From positions 524 to 64,523 of IMG/VR virus record IMGVR_UViG_3300010885_017808: a DNA stretch of 64,000 bases. The stretch is one strand, 5' to 3'. The translations under genes were made by a program, and so were the position numbers. Each line of letters starts with the position of its first letter. Position 1 is the stretch's first letter. Shown here piece after piece: positions 30,087-39,994 of this stretch. The DNA comes from a virus. Its lineage: Duplodnaviria > Caudoviricetes. The notes beneath the pieces are model-generated. The model made no database searches. It was not told the origin of the DNA and saw only the letters and a program-made list of their open reading frames with translations.

Positions 30087-30716
30087 TCATTCTGTTACCA
30101 ACCCTAGTTTCTCTTTACCATCCTTGATCCACTCTGTGAGATCCTCAGTGTCTGCGTTCTCTGCTTCGTATTCAGCCATTGACTCTGAGATGCAGAACAG
30201 TTCGTCTAGTTCTGCGGGCAGGGTATCGGCTACCTCAACGGAATTCATCTCGCTATACTCATAGCAGTCATCACAGCCGTCTTCGTAGAGTCCTGCGTAG
30301 CACATGCCTGGTTCGTAGTAGCCTGCCTTAACCCCAAAGCCCAAGTCCATGAGTTTCTCGTAGGCTGCGATAGGTGGAGCCCACGCAGTATCGAAGCCCG
30401 TAGTCAGCATCTTGCCGTCCGGGTGGATGTCACTGTTGCCCGCTTCGCCTGTGTCCCACTTAGTGCCCCACTCGCCTACGCAGTAGTCATACCAGTTGCC
30501 GTAGCCATACTTCTTGACGTTGGCTTTAGTCTGTGCTTCTAACTTCTTCTGTTCGTCCGGATCACCCATGTGTCCACTGACGGTGTCTTTGAGTTCCTCA
30601 GGAACTGGAATGAACTCTTGCAGGAACTCTCCACGCTCCAGGGCATCGTATGCTCGCTGGATCATCGCTGGATCTTCGTGCGTGAGTGTAAGATGATTGT
30701 TGCACCAATTAGGCAT
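30087..30716 (-). CDS. MPNWC/YubB ferredoxin-like family protein
   Basis: MPNWCNN, WGTKWD, FDTAWAPP, YYEPG. Confidence 0.75.
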   Translation of the reverse strand: MPNWCNNHLTLTHEDPAMIQRAYDALERGEFLQEFIPVPEELKDTVSGHMGDPDEQKKLEAQTKANVKKYGYGNWYDYCVGEWGTKWDTGEAGNSDIHPDGKMLTTGFDTAWAPPIAAYEKLMDLGFGVKAGYYEPGMCYAGLYEDGCDDCYEYSEMNSVEVADTLPAELDELFCISESMAEYEAENADTEDLTEWIKDGKEKLGLVTE

Positions 30717-30940
30717 TTGTGTTCCTTTCTAGTTCTATTGCCAACTCAATGTCAGAGGCCGCTTGTGCAGTCAGCTGACTGATAACCTTTAGAATCTTTA
30801 CTTGATCCTTCATGCTTGTCTCGCTGGTTAGTGCGATAACAGAGCGTTGTAGATATGCAATTACTTCTGGTGTCATCACTGCTCCTTTGTGTTAAACTAT
30901 GCGTCTAGTATAACACCAAACGCATAGTCTGTCAACCAAA

Positions 30941-31276
30941 TTACAGTTCTACACTATCCCAACTGCCTACAGTTGCTTTCTTGATAGTTCCCTTCAGGGC
31001 ATCCTGTACCAGCTGAATCGCTTGCTTGTTCTTGCCACCGATGTGCCATTGATACTGTCCCATGGGAGTCTCGTACTCTTTCCAGTCATAGACAGTTGCT
31101 ACTGTGCCGTCTTCGCCTACGATGATCCACTCCTGTGTAGTCTTGTCACCGCCGCCCAAGCCTTCGCCGAATGTGGCAACCAGCGTTGCGTAATCAGTTG
31201 TGATGTAACCTTGCAGGCTAGTCATGTTGGCTGCTGAGAAGTCGTCTGCTACTGTGTAAGTTGCGTTGCGTTTCAT
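30941..31276 (-). CDS. early hypothetical protein
   Basis: TSLQG..ATVYDWK..WHIGG. Confidence 0.65.
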   Translation of the reverse strand: MKRNATYTVADDFSAANMTSLQGYITTDYATLVATFGEGLGGGDKTTQEWIIVGEDGTVATVYDWKEYETPMGQYQWHIGGKNKQAIQLVQDALKGTIKKATVGSWDSVEL

Positions 31277-31391
31277 AGTTGCTCCTATTGCGTTGTTGAT
31301 GTGTCTATTATACAACCAAAATGCCAAACTGTCAACCTACGAAGTGCCCAGGCGTGTTGCAGGGCCTAGTGGTAGGCTGACAGCTGACAAA

Positions 31392-31778
31392 TTAATCTAT
31401 CCAGCTTTCTACCATTAACACGGGCTTCTTAAGCACACGCTTAACGAAGTCTTCTGGGGTATCGTCGGTGCGTACTAGCACAAAGCCCATGCTCTCTACC
31501 AAGTCTGTCTCGCACACTTGCAGGTCTAGTCCTGCGGCTTCAAATGCAATGTTCATCTTAGTAAGCGCATACTTGACACCGGCTTCAAATGCCATATACT
31601 CGCTGTCGGCAGTGTCTTCAAAGTCAAACTCTGTTTCCATAATGTTCACATAGTCTTGACCGTCTGCTACAATGAACTTGCCGATCTTCTTCCAGTTGCT
31701 CTGCTTCTCACTGTCAAAGTGGTCACAGGCTTCGTTGAGGTCGAAGCTGGAGAAACTGTTATAATTTACTTTAGCCAT
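31392..31778 (-). CDS. early hypothetical protein
   Basis: Promoter plus GGGAG SD. Confidence 0.65.
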   Translation of the reverse strand: MAKVNYNSFSSFDLNEACDHFDSEKQSNWKKIGKFIVADGQDYVNIMETEFDFEDTADSEYMAFEAGVKYALTKMNIAFEAAGLDLQVCETDLVESMGFVLVRTDDTPEDFVKRVLKKPVLMVESWID

Positions 31779-31834
31779 GTTGCGCTCCCTGTTGTGTTAC
31801 TATGTATCTATTATACAACCAAACTACAGTTGTG

Positions 31835-32065
31835 TCAACCAATTACTACCACTCGGCGGATCTTTTCGTTGTCCTCTTCGTCGTAGTCGACTTCGACGAG
31901 CTTGTCCATACGATGGTATTCACTGTAGCGTACAGTTCCCTCGAAGACTTCGCTAATCTTAGGGGCAACCTGTGTGCGCCAGTGATCGCCGTAGCCGTAG
32001 CTAAAGTGAACATCCGAATCCTGGTTCTCACCCTCTAACATTGCTATAAGTGCTGCGACTTTCAT
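31835..32065 (-). CDS. early hypothetical protein
   Basis: YGYGDHWRTQVAP; SD. Confidence 0.6.
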   Translation of the reverse strand: MKVAALIAMLEGENQDSDVHFSYGYGDHWRTQVAPKISEVFEGTVRYSEYHRMDKLVEVDYDEEDNEKIRRVVVIG

Positions 32066-32145
32066 CTTGTGCTCCTTTGTTGCTATGTGTTTATTATAGC
32101 ACAGCCTTGCCCAAAATGCAAGTGCTGTGCTAATAACCCTACAAG

Positions 32146-32547
32146 TTAGTCAACTTCTAGTTGCCCGTATTTTGCTTCCCATGCAGTAATAAAGTCCCCG
32201 TCTATGTCACAGCTAACATAGTTGTCCCCTTGCATGCCCTGCTCGCTGTACTCCGCAGTTGCAAGTCCCTGCGCAATTAAATATTCGTTTAGTTGCTGTT
32301 TAAACAAGCTGTCTGTGTATATAAGCCCGTCTTTGTTAACACGCCAGTCGTCTGTGTTAAAGTATATGCAAAGCTCGCCAAAATCTTTGTCCTCACTACA
32401 GTATGTTACCTGCATATCTGTAATGCGTACAGCAGTTGCTTTGTCGCTCCACAAACTATCGCCCGCAGTATTAAAAACAATTTTGCTGTCCCGTGTGTCG
32501 TTATCAGCATTGTCCCAATCCGTGTGCATGTCGTTTATAAGTTGCAT
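32146..32547 (-). CDS. early hypothetical protein
   Basis: GLIYTD..YSEQGMQGDNYVS. Confidence 0.65.
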   Translation of the reverse strand: MQLINDMHTDWDNADNDTRDSKIVFNTAGDSLWSDKATAVRITDMQVTYCSEDKDFGELCIYFNTDDWRVNKDGLIYTDSLFKQQLNEYLIAQGLATAEYSEQGMQGDNYVSCDIDGDFITAWEAKYGQLEVD

Positions 32548-32620
32548 AGTGTGCTCCGTTTTGTTTACAAAGTATGCGCTGTTTTGTTTAGCGCATGTAT
32601 GTATTATATGGCCACTTGTC

Positions 32621-32668
32621 CAAAATGTCAACCAAAATAAAAAAGACCCTAGTGTTAGTAGGGTCTTT
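32621..32668 (-). repeat. terminator-promoter cassette copy B
   Basis: 44/48 nt identical to 27628-27675. Confidence 0.8.
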
Positions 32669-32686
32669 CTTGGAGTCAGTCCGTTA

Positions 32687-33046
32687 TTAGAAGACTTTCA
32701 TCTTGCTGTAGCCAGTTGCCAACAGCGCCAGCGCATCTTCTGCTGTGCATGATACAGTGGCTACTCGCTTGCGGTCGATGCTGCCGTTCTGTGGGTAGTA
32801 ACGTCCACCGCCATTGCCATAGCCGCCTGGTGCGCCGCCAGCATTGAACTTCTGATTAGCGCCGACGATCCAACGGTTAAGGCGACCGCTTTTAGTTGGT
32901 ACACGAAGGCGGTCCGAAGTCTCAAGTTGATTCATCAACTTGCTAGTATGCTCTGTGGTATGACCGATGTGGTAAGCCACGTCTTCGGTAAAACAGAGTG
33001 GATTCTTTGCGACGAATTCGCAAATAGTTTGATTAGTGCTTTTCAT
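32687..33046 (-). CDS. possible winged-HTH protein
   Basis: Helix-turn-helix-like N-terminal half; SD. Confidence 0.45.
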   Translation of the reverse strand: MKSTNQTICEFVAKNPLCFTEDVAYHIGHTTEHTSKLMNQLETSDRLRVPTKSGRLNRWIVGANQKFNAGGAPGGYGNGGGRYYPQNGSIDRKRVATVSCTAEDALALLATGYSKMKVF

Positions 33047-33126
33047 AATATGAGCTCCTGTGTGTGTGTTACTGTATTGTTTACAGTGTGTTAATAATAA
33101 CTTCAAATCGCCGTTTTGTCAACCAA

Positions 33127-33540
33127 TTACTTGACCAGTGCGTAGGGTTTATTCCACGATCCCACATTCACGTCGATGTAGTAGGCAGTGTCAAAGTAGT
33201 CTGTCATCGCATCGCTGCGATCGTACCACTCAGTCCCTTTAGCTGCTGCAAAGAGTTCAATGAGGAAGTTCTTGCAGCTTCCGTCGAAGTGCTCGTGGAA
33301 CCAATAGGGGTTAATGTCGAGGTAGTCTTTGATTTCCCGTCGAAGTGCTCCCTGCTGCTGCATTCTATCTGAACCGACTCGGTTGCAGTTCTCGATGAAG
33401 TCCAGCTTGCCCTGCTTGATGTTAACAACCAGCGTTGAATGATTGCGTACGGCATAGCTGGCCTTGACGCCATACTTGTCGCAGACTGCTTTCATTGCGG
33501 GGACTAGCTTTGCCTTGCGTTCCTGATTCATCCATGCCAT
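33127..33540 (-). CDS. early hypothetical protein
   Basis: SDAMTDYFD..GSWNKPY. Confidence 0.7.
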   Translation of the reverse strand: MAWMNQERKAKLVPAMKAVCDKYGVKASYAVRNHSTLVVNIKQGKLDFIENCNRVGSDRMQQQGALRREIKDYLDINPYWFHEHFDGSCKNFLIELFAAAKGTEWYDRSDAMTDYFDTAYYIDVNVGSWNKPYALVK

Positions 33541-33591
33541 GATGCGCTCCTTGTTGTGATGTATTGATTATACTGCCAATTGCCCAAAATG

Positions 33592-33819
33592 TCAACCGGA
33601 TTGAGTGTTGCAAAATTGCCACATCTTTAACTCAGCGCCTTCCAGTCCCAAGAGCACTCCCTCGAAGTCTCTGTAGGTGCAGCAGGCATGGGCTCTGGGC
33701 CAACTCATATGCCCTTCAGCTACAGCCTTGTGATAGCGTGTTACAGAGGCCTTGGCGGGCCCGGCCTTCTTGTAGTATTTTACAAAGTTGCCGCGATCGT
33801 CGTAGACTACCCAGCCCAT
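33592..33819 (-). CDS. early hypothetical protein
   Basis: Follows upstream ORF. Confidence 0.5.
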   Translation of the reverse strand: MGWVVYDDRGNFVKYYKKAGPAKASVTRYHKAVAEGHMSWPRAHACCTYRDFEGVLLGLEGAELKMWQFCNTQSG

Positions 33820-33820
33820 A

Positions 33821-34132
33821 TCACCACGCTATCTCTTTTGAAGCGAAGCGGATCACGCCTTCGTAGTCCAACTGACTCTGCTCGAACTCTGTAAGAGCGT
33901 TGTCAGCAACAATGGACCAATCGATGATGTGCTCGCGGAAGGCTTGATTGTCCTGCTCAATTTGGCTGCGAACACCCATCACGGTCTCTGTTGCCTTGTT
34001 GGGGTTAACCTTCTTGACCACATAGTCTGAACCGCCCTTGGCTTTCCAGTACTGGGGGCACTCACCAACTCCGTCCCAATCGTGGGCTCCGTAGTTCTCA
34101 TAAACCTGTGTAGTGATTAAGAGTTTTGCCAT
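33821..34132 (-). CDS. early hypothetical protein
   Basis: ENYGAHDWDG..WKAKGG. Confidence 0.65.
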   Translation of the reverse strand: MAKLLITTQVYENYGAHDWDGVGECPQYWKAKGGSDYVVKKVNPNKATETVMGVRSQIEQDNQAFREHIIDWSIVADNALTEFEQSQLDYEGVIRFASKEIAW

Positions 34133-34176
34133 TTTGTGTTCTCCAGTGTGTTGCTGTCTATGTGTTTATTATACCA

Positions 34177-34380
34177 TCACCTAGCCAAAATGTCAACCAA
34201 TTTCTGATTCAATTGGTCCATCTCACTCTGCTCCACGTAGAAGTCTGTGGTGGGATCCCAGTAGCTGCCCTCCTTGGGATCATAGTAGAGGACACGGTTC
34301 ACAAACCAGAAAGGACCTTCGAGCCCCTTGCGGGGCTCCCACTTGGCATCGCGTGTTCCAAGTACTTTAAATCCCATCAC
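34177..34380 (-). CDS. early hypothetical protein
   Basis: GLEGPF..YYDPKEG.YWDPTTD. Confidence 0.6.
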   Translation of the reverse strand: MMGFKVLGTRDAKWEPRKGLEGPFWFVNRVLYYDPKEGSYWDPTTDFYVEQSEMDQLNQKLVDILAR

Positions 34381-34640
34381 ATGCTCCAGTAAGCTTCGGA
34401 ACTTGGGGAGCAGTAACGCGGAGTGTCATAGCGTTCCTGATACTCCTTGCCGCCCATCATGTTATTGCGTGTTACCATTGTCTCGTGTATCTCAACGCGA
34501 TAGCCTTTGCTAGCTGGATACTTGACAGCGTAGACCTCTACGATAGCACTACGATCTGCTGTGCTGTGGTCTACTTTGCGGTCCAAACGCTCGCCGGACT
34601 TTTGACGTGCATCTTTTTTGTAAAGTTCTACGGTGTACAT
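34377..34640 (-). CDS. early hypothetical protein
   Basis: TPRYCSPSSEAYWSM. Confidence 0.6.
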   Translation of the reverse strand: MYTVELYKKDARQKSGERLDRKVDHSTADRSAIVEVYAVKYPASKGYRVEIHETMVTRNNMMGGKEYQERYDTPRYCSPSSEAYWSM

Positions 34641-34699
34641 AAGTTTCGCTCCTTGTGTGTTTGTGTAAGTCTTAATTATACTGCCAGCTGTCCAATCTG

Positions 34700-34900
34700 T
34701 CAACCCCACTGGCAATCACGTTCACGATCGCAAACCAATTCCCAATACTCTTTAAGATTCGCTTTAGCACGGGCAACATCCCCGCCTACTTCGTCCAGGA
34801 TCTCTTGATAATCTGCAACATCGTAGCACTCGAATACCCAATGACCACCCGCTTCGTAATTCGCTGCGGCGTAATCTGATAATTCTTTGATAGCTGTCAT
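34700..34900 (-). CDS. early hypothetical protein
   Basis: Promoter plus SD. Confidence 0.6.
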   Translation of the reverse strand: MTAIKELSDYAAANYEAGGHWVFECYDVADYQEILDEVGGDVARAKANLKEYWELVCDRERDCQWG

Positions 34901-34973
34901 CTGCTTGTCCTATTGCGTTGTTGATGTATCTATTATATGTCCAATCCGGCAGGCTGTCAACCAAAAAGATTTG

Positions 34974-35002
34974 TTGACATTTTGGATAGATGGCAGTATA
35001 AT
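34974..35002 (+). promoter_or_regulatory. counter-oriented consensus promoter
   Basis: TTGACA-N17-TATAAT on + strand, back-to-back with minus promoter 34932-34960. Confidence 0.8.
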
Positions 35003-35007
35003 CTAGT

Positions 35008-35101
35008 CATAGGTTCGAACTACTACGTAGGGGGTGGACATGGAGAGCCACCGTGTTGACCTCGCGGTGAAGAAGGTAAAAAAAGGACCCCGAAGGGTCC
35101 T
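35008..35101 (+). ncRNA. candidate small RNA
   Basis: Downstream of + promoter; hairpins GGTGG/CCACC and CACCG/CGGTG; ends at GGACCC-CGAA-GGGTCC. Confidence 0.35.
35077..35101 (-). terminator. intrinsic terminator with cUUCGg tetraloop
   Basis: Minus strand AGGACCC-TTCG-GGGTCC-TTTTTTT. Confidence 0.85.
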
Positions 35102-35294
35102 AAAGTCTACCAGGAGAAATCTTATGAGTTCACAGTCTCGAACGGACTGAGTTCTTCACTGTCCGCAACACCCATGTCAGTGAGTGCAGCGAATACTAGT
35201 TCTATGTTACACTCAAGGATGCTGGCAATCATCTTTGCGCTATGTCCCTCGATGTAGAGTTCTTGAATGTCATATGATAGTTCTGCGAGTTTGC

Positions 35295-35519
35295 TCATGT
35301 TGTTTCCTTTTGTGTGTGTTGTTTAATCATTAAGTATAATGGATCTATAATCTCTACGTCTTCTAGTTCAAAGTCTCGTGTGGCCCAGTCCATCCACTCT
35401 TCGGAGAACACTTCCACTTCTCCGTTCATCAACATGGTTCGGGCCTGTTCCTCTGTCTCACATTCAACCACGTAGGTTTCAGCGACTATGGAATTACGCC
35501 AAAAGGTAAACTTCTTCAT
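35295..35519 (-). CDS. early hypothetical protein
   Basis: Coupled ORF. Confidence 0.55.
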   Translation of the reverse strand: MKKFTFWRNSIVAETYVVECETEEQARTMLMNGEVEVFSEEWMDWATRDFELEDVEIIDPLYLMIKQHTQKETT

Positions 35520-35716
35520 CAGTCAATCCAGCAGTCACTGGCCTGTTGTACAGTTGTTTCCTGCCTACCAATGTAGCCGCCTTCGAAGCCATCAGGCCCT
35601 GCACGTAGGAACAAGCGATCACCTTCTATCTTGTAGATGACTCCGCCCTGCTCCACATCGCACTTGAAGCCCACGTAGTCACCTACCTTAACAGTCTTGC
35701 CTTCAACAGTTGTCAT
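35519..35716 (-). CDS. small SH3/KOW-like protein
   Basis: VKVGDYVGFK. Confidence 0.5.
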   Translation of the reverse strand: MTTVEGKTVKVGDYVGFKCDVEQGGVIYKIEGDRLFLRAGPDGFEGGYIGRQETTVQQASDCWID

Positions 35717-36080
35717 TTAGCCAACTCCTGTGACTGTTGCTTGACAGTGTCAACGCCCTTGTCTAGCATACGAGCAATGCCCTGGAAGCCTACAGTTGCT
35801 AAGATAAGTCCGAAGACTGCCCCAAGAATAAAGTTTCTCATACTTCTTCTCCTTCGTAGTTGTAAACGGGTTTGGGATCGTTGCGATGTTTCCAGCGATA
35901 GTACAAGGCCTGCGGGATGCCTAGCTTGAAGGCCCACATAACGTCCATTACTATCATACCTACTGCGAATGCTAAGATAAGTTCCATGTCAGCTCCTTTG
36001 TGTGTGTATGCGTGTATTATATGCTCGCTATGCGGAATTGTCAACCACTTTAGCAGCGGGGCCTATAGCCCCATACTACT

Positions 36081-37289
36081 TTATGCCGCGTCCTTTTCGT
36101 AGATCACAGTCTGTCCAAAGGGTGCTTCGGCTTCTGTGTTACCTTTAACAATAAAGACTGTATCAACTTGATCGTCAGGTCCCCAACTACCGCAGGGGAA
36201 GCCATCTGTGAACATAATGAACTTCTTAGCCTCGATGCCCTGCTCAAGCATATAGGTAAAGTTAATATCGAAGTCTGTACCACCACCACCCTGTGGCTCA
36301 TACTCTTCTAGTTCGTGACTGTTGTCTTGTGTGATCTTAACATAGTTATAGATGTCAGTATCGAAGCACCACAAGTGAATACTGAAGTCTTCGTATTGAT
36401 CCATAATGCCTTTGACTTCGCTAAGGAATACAGTAGCATCTTCTACTCCGATACTGCCACTCATGTCAATTGCAATAGCCACGTCAATAGTTGTGTCCTG
36501 ACGCATCCCTGGAAGGATTGCACCTGAGTGCATTGACTTACGGTTAGGACGAGTAAAGGAATAGTCGTTGCGGATAATGCTTTGGATCTCTTGACGGATC
36601 AACTGGCGCCAGCTAATCTTAGGCTCAGTCATGTCCTTGATCAAACGCTGGATACCTGCGGGCACTTTGCCAGCGCCAGCGGCACTTGCACTCTGGATCA
36701 TTGCTTCTTTGATCTCATCGCGGATCTGTTGTGCTTCTTCCTTAGTCATGCCGGGTATGCCTTTACCCTTGCCTTCTTTGTCGCTTTCTTTGCCCGGGCC
36801 TGTGCCGTCTTCGTTAATGTGCTCGTCGAGCAGTTCGCCTAATTGCTTGAGCAAGTCTGGCATGGAGATCTTTTCTGCTTTCTCGTAGAGCTCATCATAG
36901 ATCTCTTCCCAAGCCATGCCGCGATACTTTTGATCGTAGCAGATCTTAACTTCAGTAATCTTCTCACCAATGCGTTCGTCTACAAGGATCTGATTGACAG
37001 CGTAGTCTTGTGCGATGTTTGACAACTGGCGATCACGTGATCCAACTCGCCCGAAGTGATCAAAGACGCAATGACAAATCTCGTGTCCAAACAAGAACTC
37101 TAGTTTCTTAACACTGAGCTTCTCAATGAACTTCTTGTTATAGTAGAAGTTGCGACCGTTAGTAGCCGCTGTTGGGCACCATTCGCTAGCGTCAATCAAC
37201 AGCATACGAGTTGCCATGTTACCGAAGAAGGGTGCTTTGAGTAGTAAGCCTACTCGGGCTGTTGTTAGTTTCTCTACGATGGGATCCAT
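36081..37289 (-). CDS. HEXXH metallopeptidase-like + VWA domain protein (DUF2201-type)
   Basis: TAATNG, HEICH, MIDAS DMSGS, GGGTDF, FTDG. Confidence 0.85.
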   Translation of the reverse strand: MDPIVEKLTTARVGLLLKAPFFGNMATRMLLIDASEWCPTAATNGRNFYYNKKFIEKLSVKKLEFLFGHEICHCVFDHFGRVGSRDRQLSNIAQDYAVNQILVDERIGEKITEVKICYDQKYRGMAWEEIYDELYEKAEKISMPDLLKQLGELLDEHINEDGTGPGKESDKEGKGKGIPGMTKEEAQQIRDEIKEAMIQSASAAGAGKVPAGIQRLIKDMTEPKISWRQLIRQEIQSIIRNDYSFTRPNRKSMHSGAILPGMRQDTTIDVAIAIDMSGSIGVEDATVFLSEVKGIMDQYEDFSIHLWCFDTDIYNYVKITQDNSHELEEYEPQGGGGTDFDINFTYMLEQGIEAKKFIMFTDGFPCGSWGPDDQVDTVFIVKGNTEAEAPFGQTVIYEKDAA

Positions 37290-37347
37290 TAGTCGCTCTC
37301 CTTAGTATATGTATAGTATATACTCAATCTATCCATTTGTCAACAAA

Positions 37348-37379
37348 TAAAAAAAGGGTGTTGCGTTTCCACAACACCC
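37348..37379 (-). terminator. intrinsic terminator
   Basis: GGGTGTTG/CAACACCC stem plus U-tract on minus strand. Confidence 0.7.
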
Positions 37380-37397
37380 CCAGCAATGGGCGAGGTC

Positions 37398-38483
37398 TTA
37401 ATTCTCCATTGCTGACAAAACATACTTACCAAAACGCTTGTGGAACTCATCGAAGCTCTTCATCTTCGTAGCGTCGAAGGGCAAGTTATAGTTAGTGAGG
37501 CCCGTCTTAGCACCCATCACTACCAACTCTGTTGGGAAGTTATCCATCATGTAGCGGAAGAAGCAGTCAGCCTGTGCGTCAAAGTCTTTAGCCTTCTTCT
37601 CTGCTTGATCCTTCAACTCGTAGCACAATGACACCGTCAATGAATACATCGCTGAGACTTCTTTGATGCTCAAGTCTTTGACCTTGCCCTTGAGGATGTC
37701 TTCTGCCTTAGGCAAGCGTCCCGCAATCTTACGGTGTGCCATAAACTTAACAGCCAAGCCATCACCTACAGCACCTGCGATCAAGTTGTGCAGGGTGTCG
37801 ATATCGCAATCGTCGTCCTTCAACAAGTCGCTGACGAACACCCACGAGCGTGGAGTTGCGAATGCCTTGCTAGGGCTCTTAGGATCAAAGTCATACAAGT
37901 CCTGCTTGGCAAAGCCTACATAACCTAACACCTCAGGGTGAACAGCGTTGTTCACAGCCCACTCTTGGAAGTCGTCGAAGTCAATCTTCATTTCCAAGTG
38001 GATGAAACGATTAGCCAACGGTGCTGGCATACGATATGTCACGCCACGATCGCCTTCACGGTTACCAGCGGCAACCACGTCAACACCTTTAGGCAGTTCG
38101 TATGTACCTACACGACGATTCAGAATCAATTGGTAGGCAGCGGCCTGTACAGCAGGAGGAGCGGAGTTCAGCTCGTCCAGGAAGATAATTGCTGTGGACT
38201 CTGGGTCCGTAGGAAGCTCACTAGGAGGAGCCCAAACCATCTTGCCTTGATCTGCGTTGTAATAAGGGATACCTTTGATGTCTGTAGGTTCCCACAGGGC
38301 TAGTCGAACGTCAACGACTTCGCGTCCTGCGTCTTCGCCAATCTGCTTGACAATGTCCGACTTACCAATGCCCGGGGGTCCCCATAGGAACACTGGACGA
38401 CGTGTTTGAATTGCTTTACGAATAGAACGCTTTGCGGACTTTGGACCGACTTGGCGAACTGACATATCTGATGATTTTGCCAT
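37398..38483 (-). CDS. MoxR-like AAA+ ATPase
   Basis: GPPGIGKS, FLDELN, AAGN, LANRF, TPRSW. Confidence 0.9.
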   Translation of the reverse strand: MAKSSDMSVRQVGPKSAKRSIRKAIQTRRPVFLWGPPGIGKSDIVKQIGEDAGREVVDVRLALWEPTDIKGIPYYNADQGKMVWAPPSELPTDPESTAIIFLDELNSAPPAVQAAAYQLILNRRVGTYELPKGVDVVAAGNREGDRGVTYRMPAPLANRFIHLEMKIDFDDFQEWAVNNAVHPEVLGYVGFAKQDLYDFDPKSPSKAFATPRSWVFVSDLLKDDDCDIDTLHNLIAGAVGDGLAVKFMAHRKIAGRLPKAEDILKGKVKDLSIKEVSAMYSLTVSLCYELKDQAEKKAKDFDAQADCFFRYMMDNFPTELVVMGAKTGLTNYNLPFDATKMKSFDEFHKRFGKYVLSAMEN

Positions 38484-38559
38484 TTAAGACCTCGCTTTAA
38501 GAAAATTAAAATTACTGTGTTTCTCAGTGTTTAAAGTATAACGCCGAACTGTGATCCTG

Positions 38560-39300
38560 TCAACCTATTTTCTTCACATAATGAAATTGCGTTGTCTTGT
38601 CATCTCGGTGTGCTTTAATCTTAGCCTTGATGCGATAGCTGGCATCCTTGTTCATGTTAGTGCCAAACCAGAAGTCTACAATAGACTCGCCCATCCTTGC
38701 TGTGATACGATACTTCTCGTATTGCTGCGAGTAGCGGCTGTCCATGACTGTGATGTCACCGATGACTGTTTCTCCCACGTTGCCTGCCAGCTGCTCGCTA
38801 GCAAAGACTTCCCGTTTGATCTCTTGACGCTGCGAGTCTCGACGGGCTATACTAGGCAAGCAGCTTACGATAGCAAACTCTAACAGGTTGCGTCCTGTAA
38901 AGGATTCTGTGCAGGCAACCTTGTATGCCTGCTGCTGGAAGTCATTGAGTCCACCAGCCATGGCTAACATGGTATAGCCTGTGAAGTGTCTGCGGTATGC
39001 TGCACCATTAACACGATCAGCATCAGTGACAATGCTGAAGTCGTTGGTACGAAGATGTTCACGAACAACTGCCTTGTTGGCAGTCTTGTCCAAGCCGGCG
39101 TCTGTGTAGACGTTCTCTTTGAAGTAGCCACCATTGAGACGATCCACTGCTGTTGCCAATGCCCAGACATCGTCTGCTGCGAATTGCTGCTGTTGTGGGA
39201 TTTTATATGCAGGCTTACTGGCTTCTTCACAGTCGTCTGCATGCCCAAGGCGCCGAATAGCATTTGGGCTCCAACCTGTTACATCTACAAATCCTGACAT
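38560..39300 (-). CDS. hypothetical protein, C-terminal OB-fold-like
   Basis: AAGGAG SD and promoter. Confidence 0.65.
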   Translation of the reverse strand: MSGFVDVTGWSPNAIRRLGHADDCEEASKPAYKIPQQQQFAADDVWALATAVDRLNGGYFKENVYTDAGLDKTANKAVVREHLRTNDFSIVTDADRVNGAAYRRHFTGYTMLAMAGGLNDFQQQAYKVACTESFTGRNLLEFAIVSCLPSIARRDSQRQEIKREVFASEQLAGNVGETVIGDITVMDSRYSQQYEKYRITARMGESIVDFWFGTNMNKDASYRIKAKIKAHRDDKTTQFHYVKKIG

Positions 39301-39436
39301 AGTTCGCTCCTTGCGTTTAACAATAGCTCTATTATATAGTCTCGTTCCTGATGTGTCAACCAAAAAGAAAGGACCCCTAAGGATCCTTCCTCAAACCCGC
39401 CCCGGGAGCGAATCGGTATAGGTTTGAAACTTGCTA

Positions 39437-39709
39437 TTAAAGCGTGATGCCCATAGCCTGTGCTTTGTAACCCAAAGCAACAATCTTACGTGATGGCTTG
39501 CCCATTTCGTATTCAGTAACCACAACACCGTTGCCGGCTGTACGTGACTTGCTGTAGACTGCATAACCATTCTGACGAATGCGTGATGCCTCAGCGGACA
39601 AGTTCTTAACACCGAAACGCTTTGCGGCGTCTGATGCTGTCAACTTCTCACCGTTGTACAATGCGGTGAATACCTTGAATGTTTTAGTGTCTTTAGAGAT
39701 AAATTTCAT
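39437..39709 (-). CDS. winged-HTH DNA-binding protein
   Basis: LTASDAAKRFGVKNLSAEASRIRQNGY. Confidence 0.7.
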   Translation of the reverse strand: MKFISKDTKTFKVFTALYNGEKLTASDAAKRFGVKNLSAEASRIRQNGYAVYSKSRTAGNGVVVTEYEMGKPSRKIVALGYKAQAMGITL

Positions 39710-39802
39710 TTTAGTTTCCTTTGTTGGGCTGATAATAAGTTGTTCAGCGTGTTACTAGTATAGCAGGGTGATCATTATTAATCAACCCCGCATTTTACCA
39801 AT

Positions 39803-39994
39803 TTACTTCTTGTAGCTTACCGAACCCTTAAGGAATGCACCTAACAGCACAACCGAGGCCCAGGTCTCAAGGGTTAATGGGATAGCCAATACGGGGAACA
39901 AGGTGTTCAATGCCCAAATGGTTAGTATGGGCCCAATGGCAACCAAAAACACAATCAATGCAATAATCAGTACCAATTTAATAACATCACTCAT
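39803..39994 (-). CDS. small membrane protein
   Basis: IWALNTLFP; hydrophobic. Confidence 0.6.
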   Translation of the reverse strand: MSDVIKLVLIIALIVFLVAIGPILTIWALNTLFPVLAIPLTLETWASVVLLGAFLKGSVSYKK

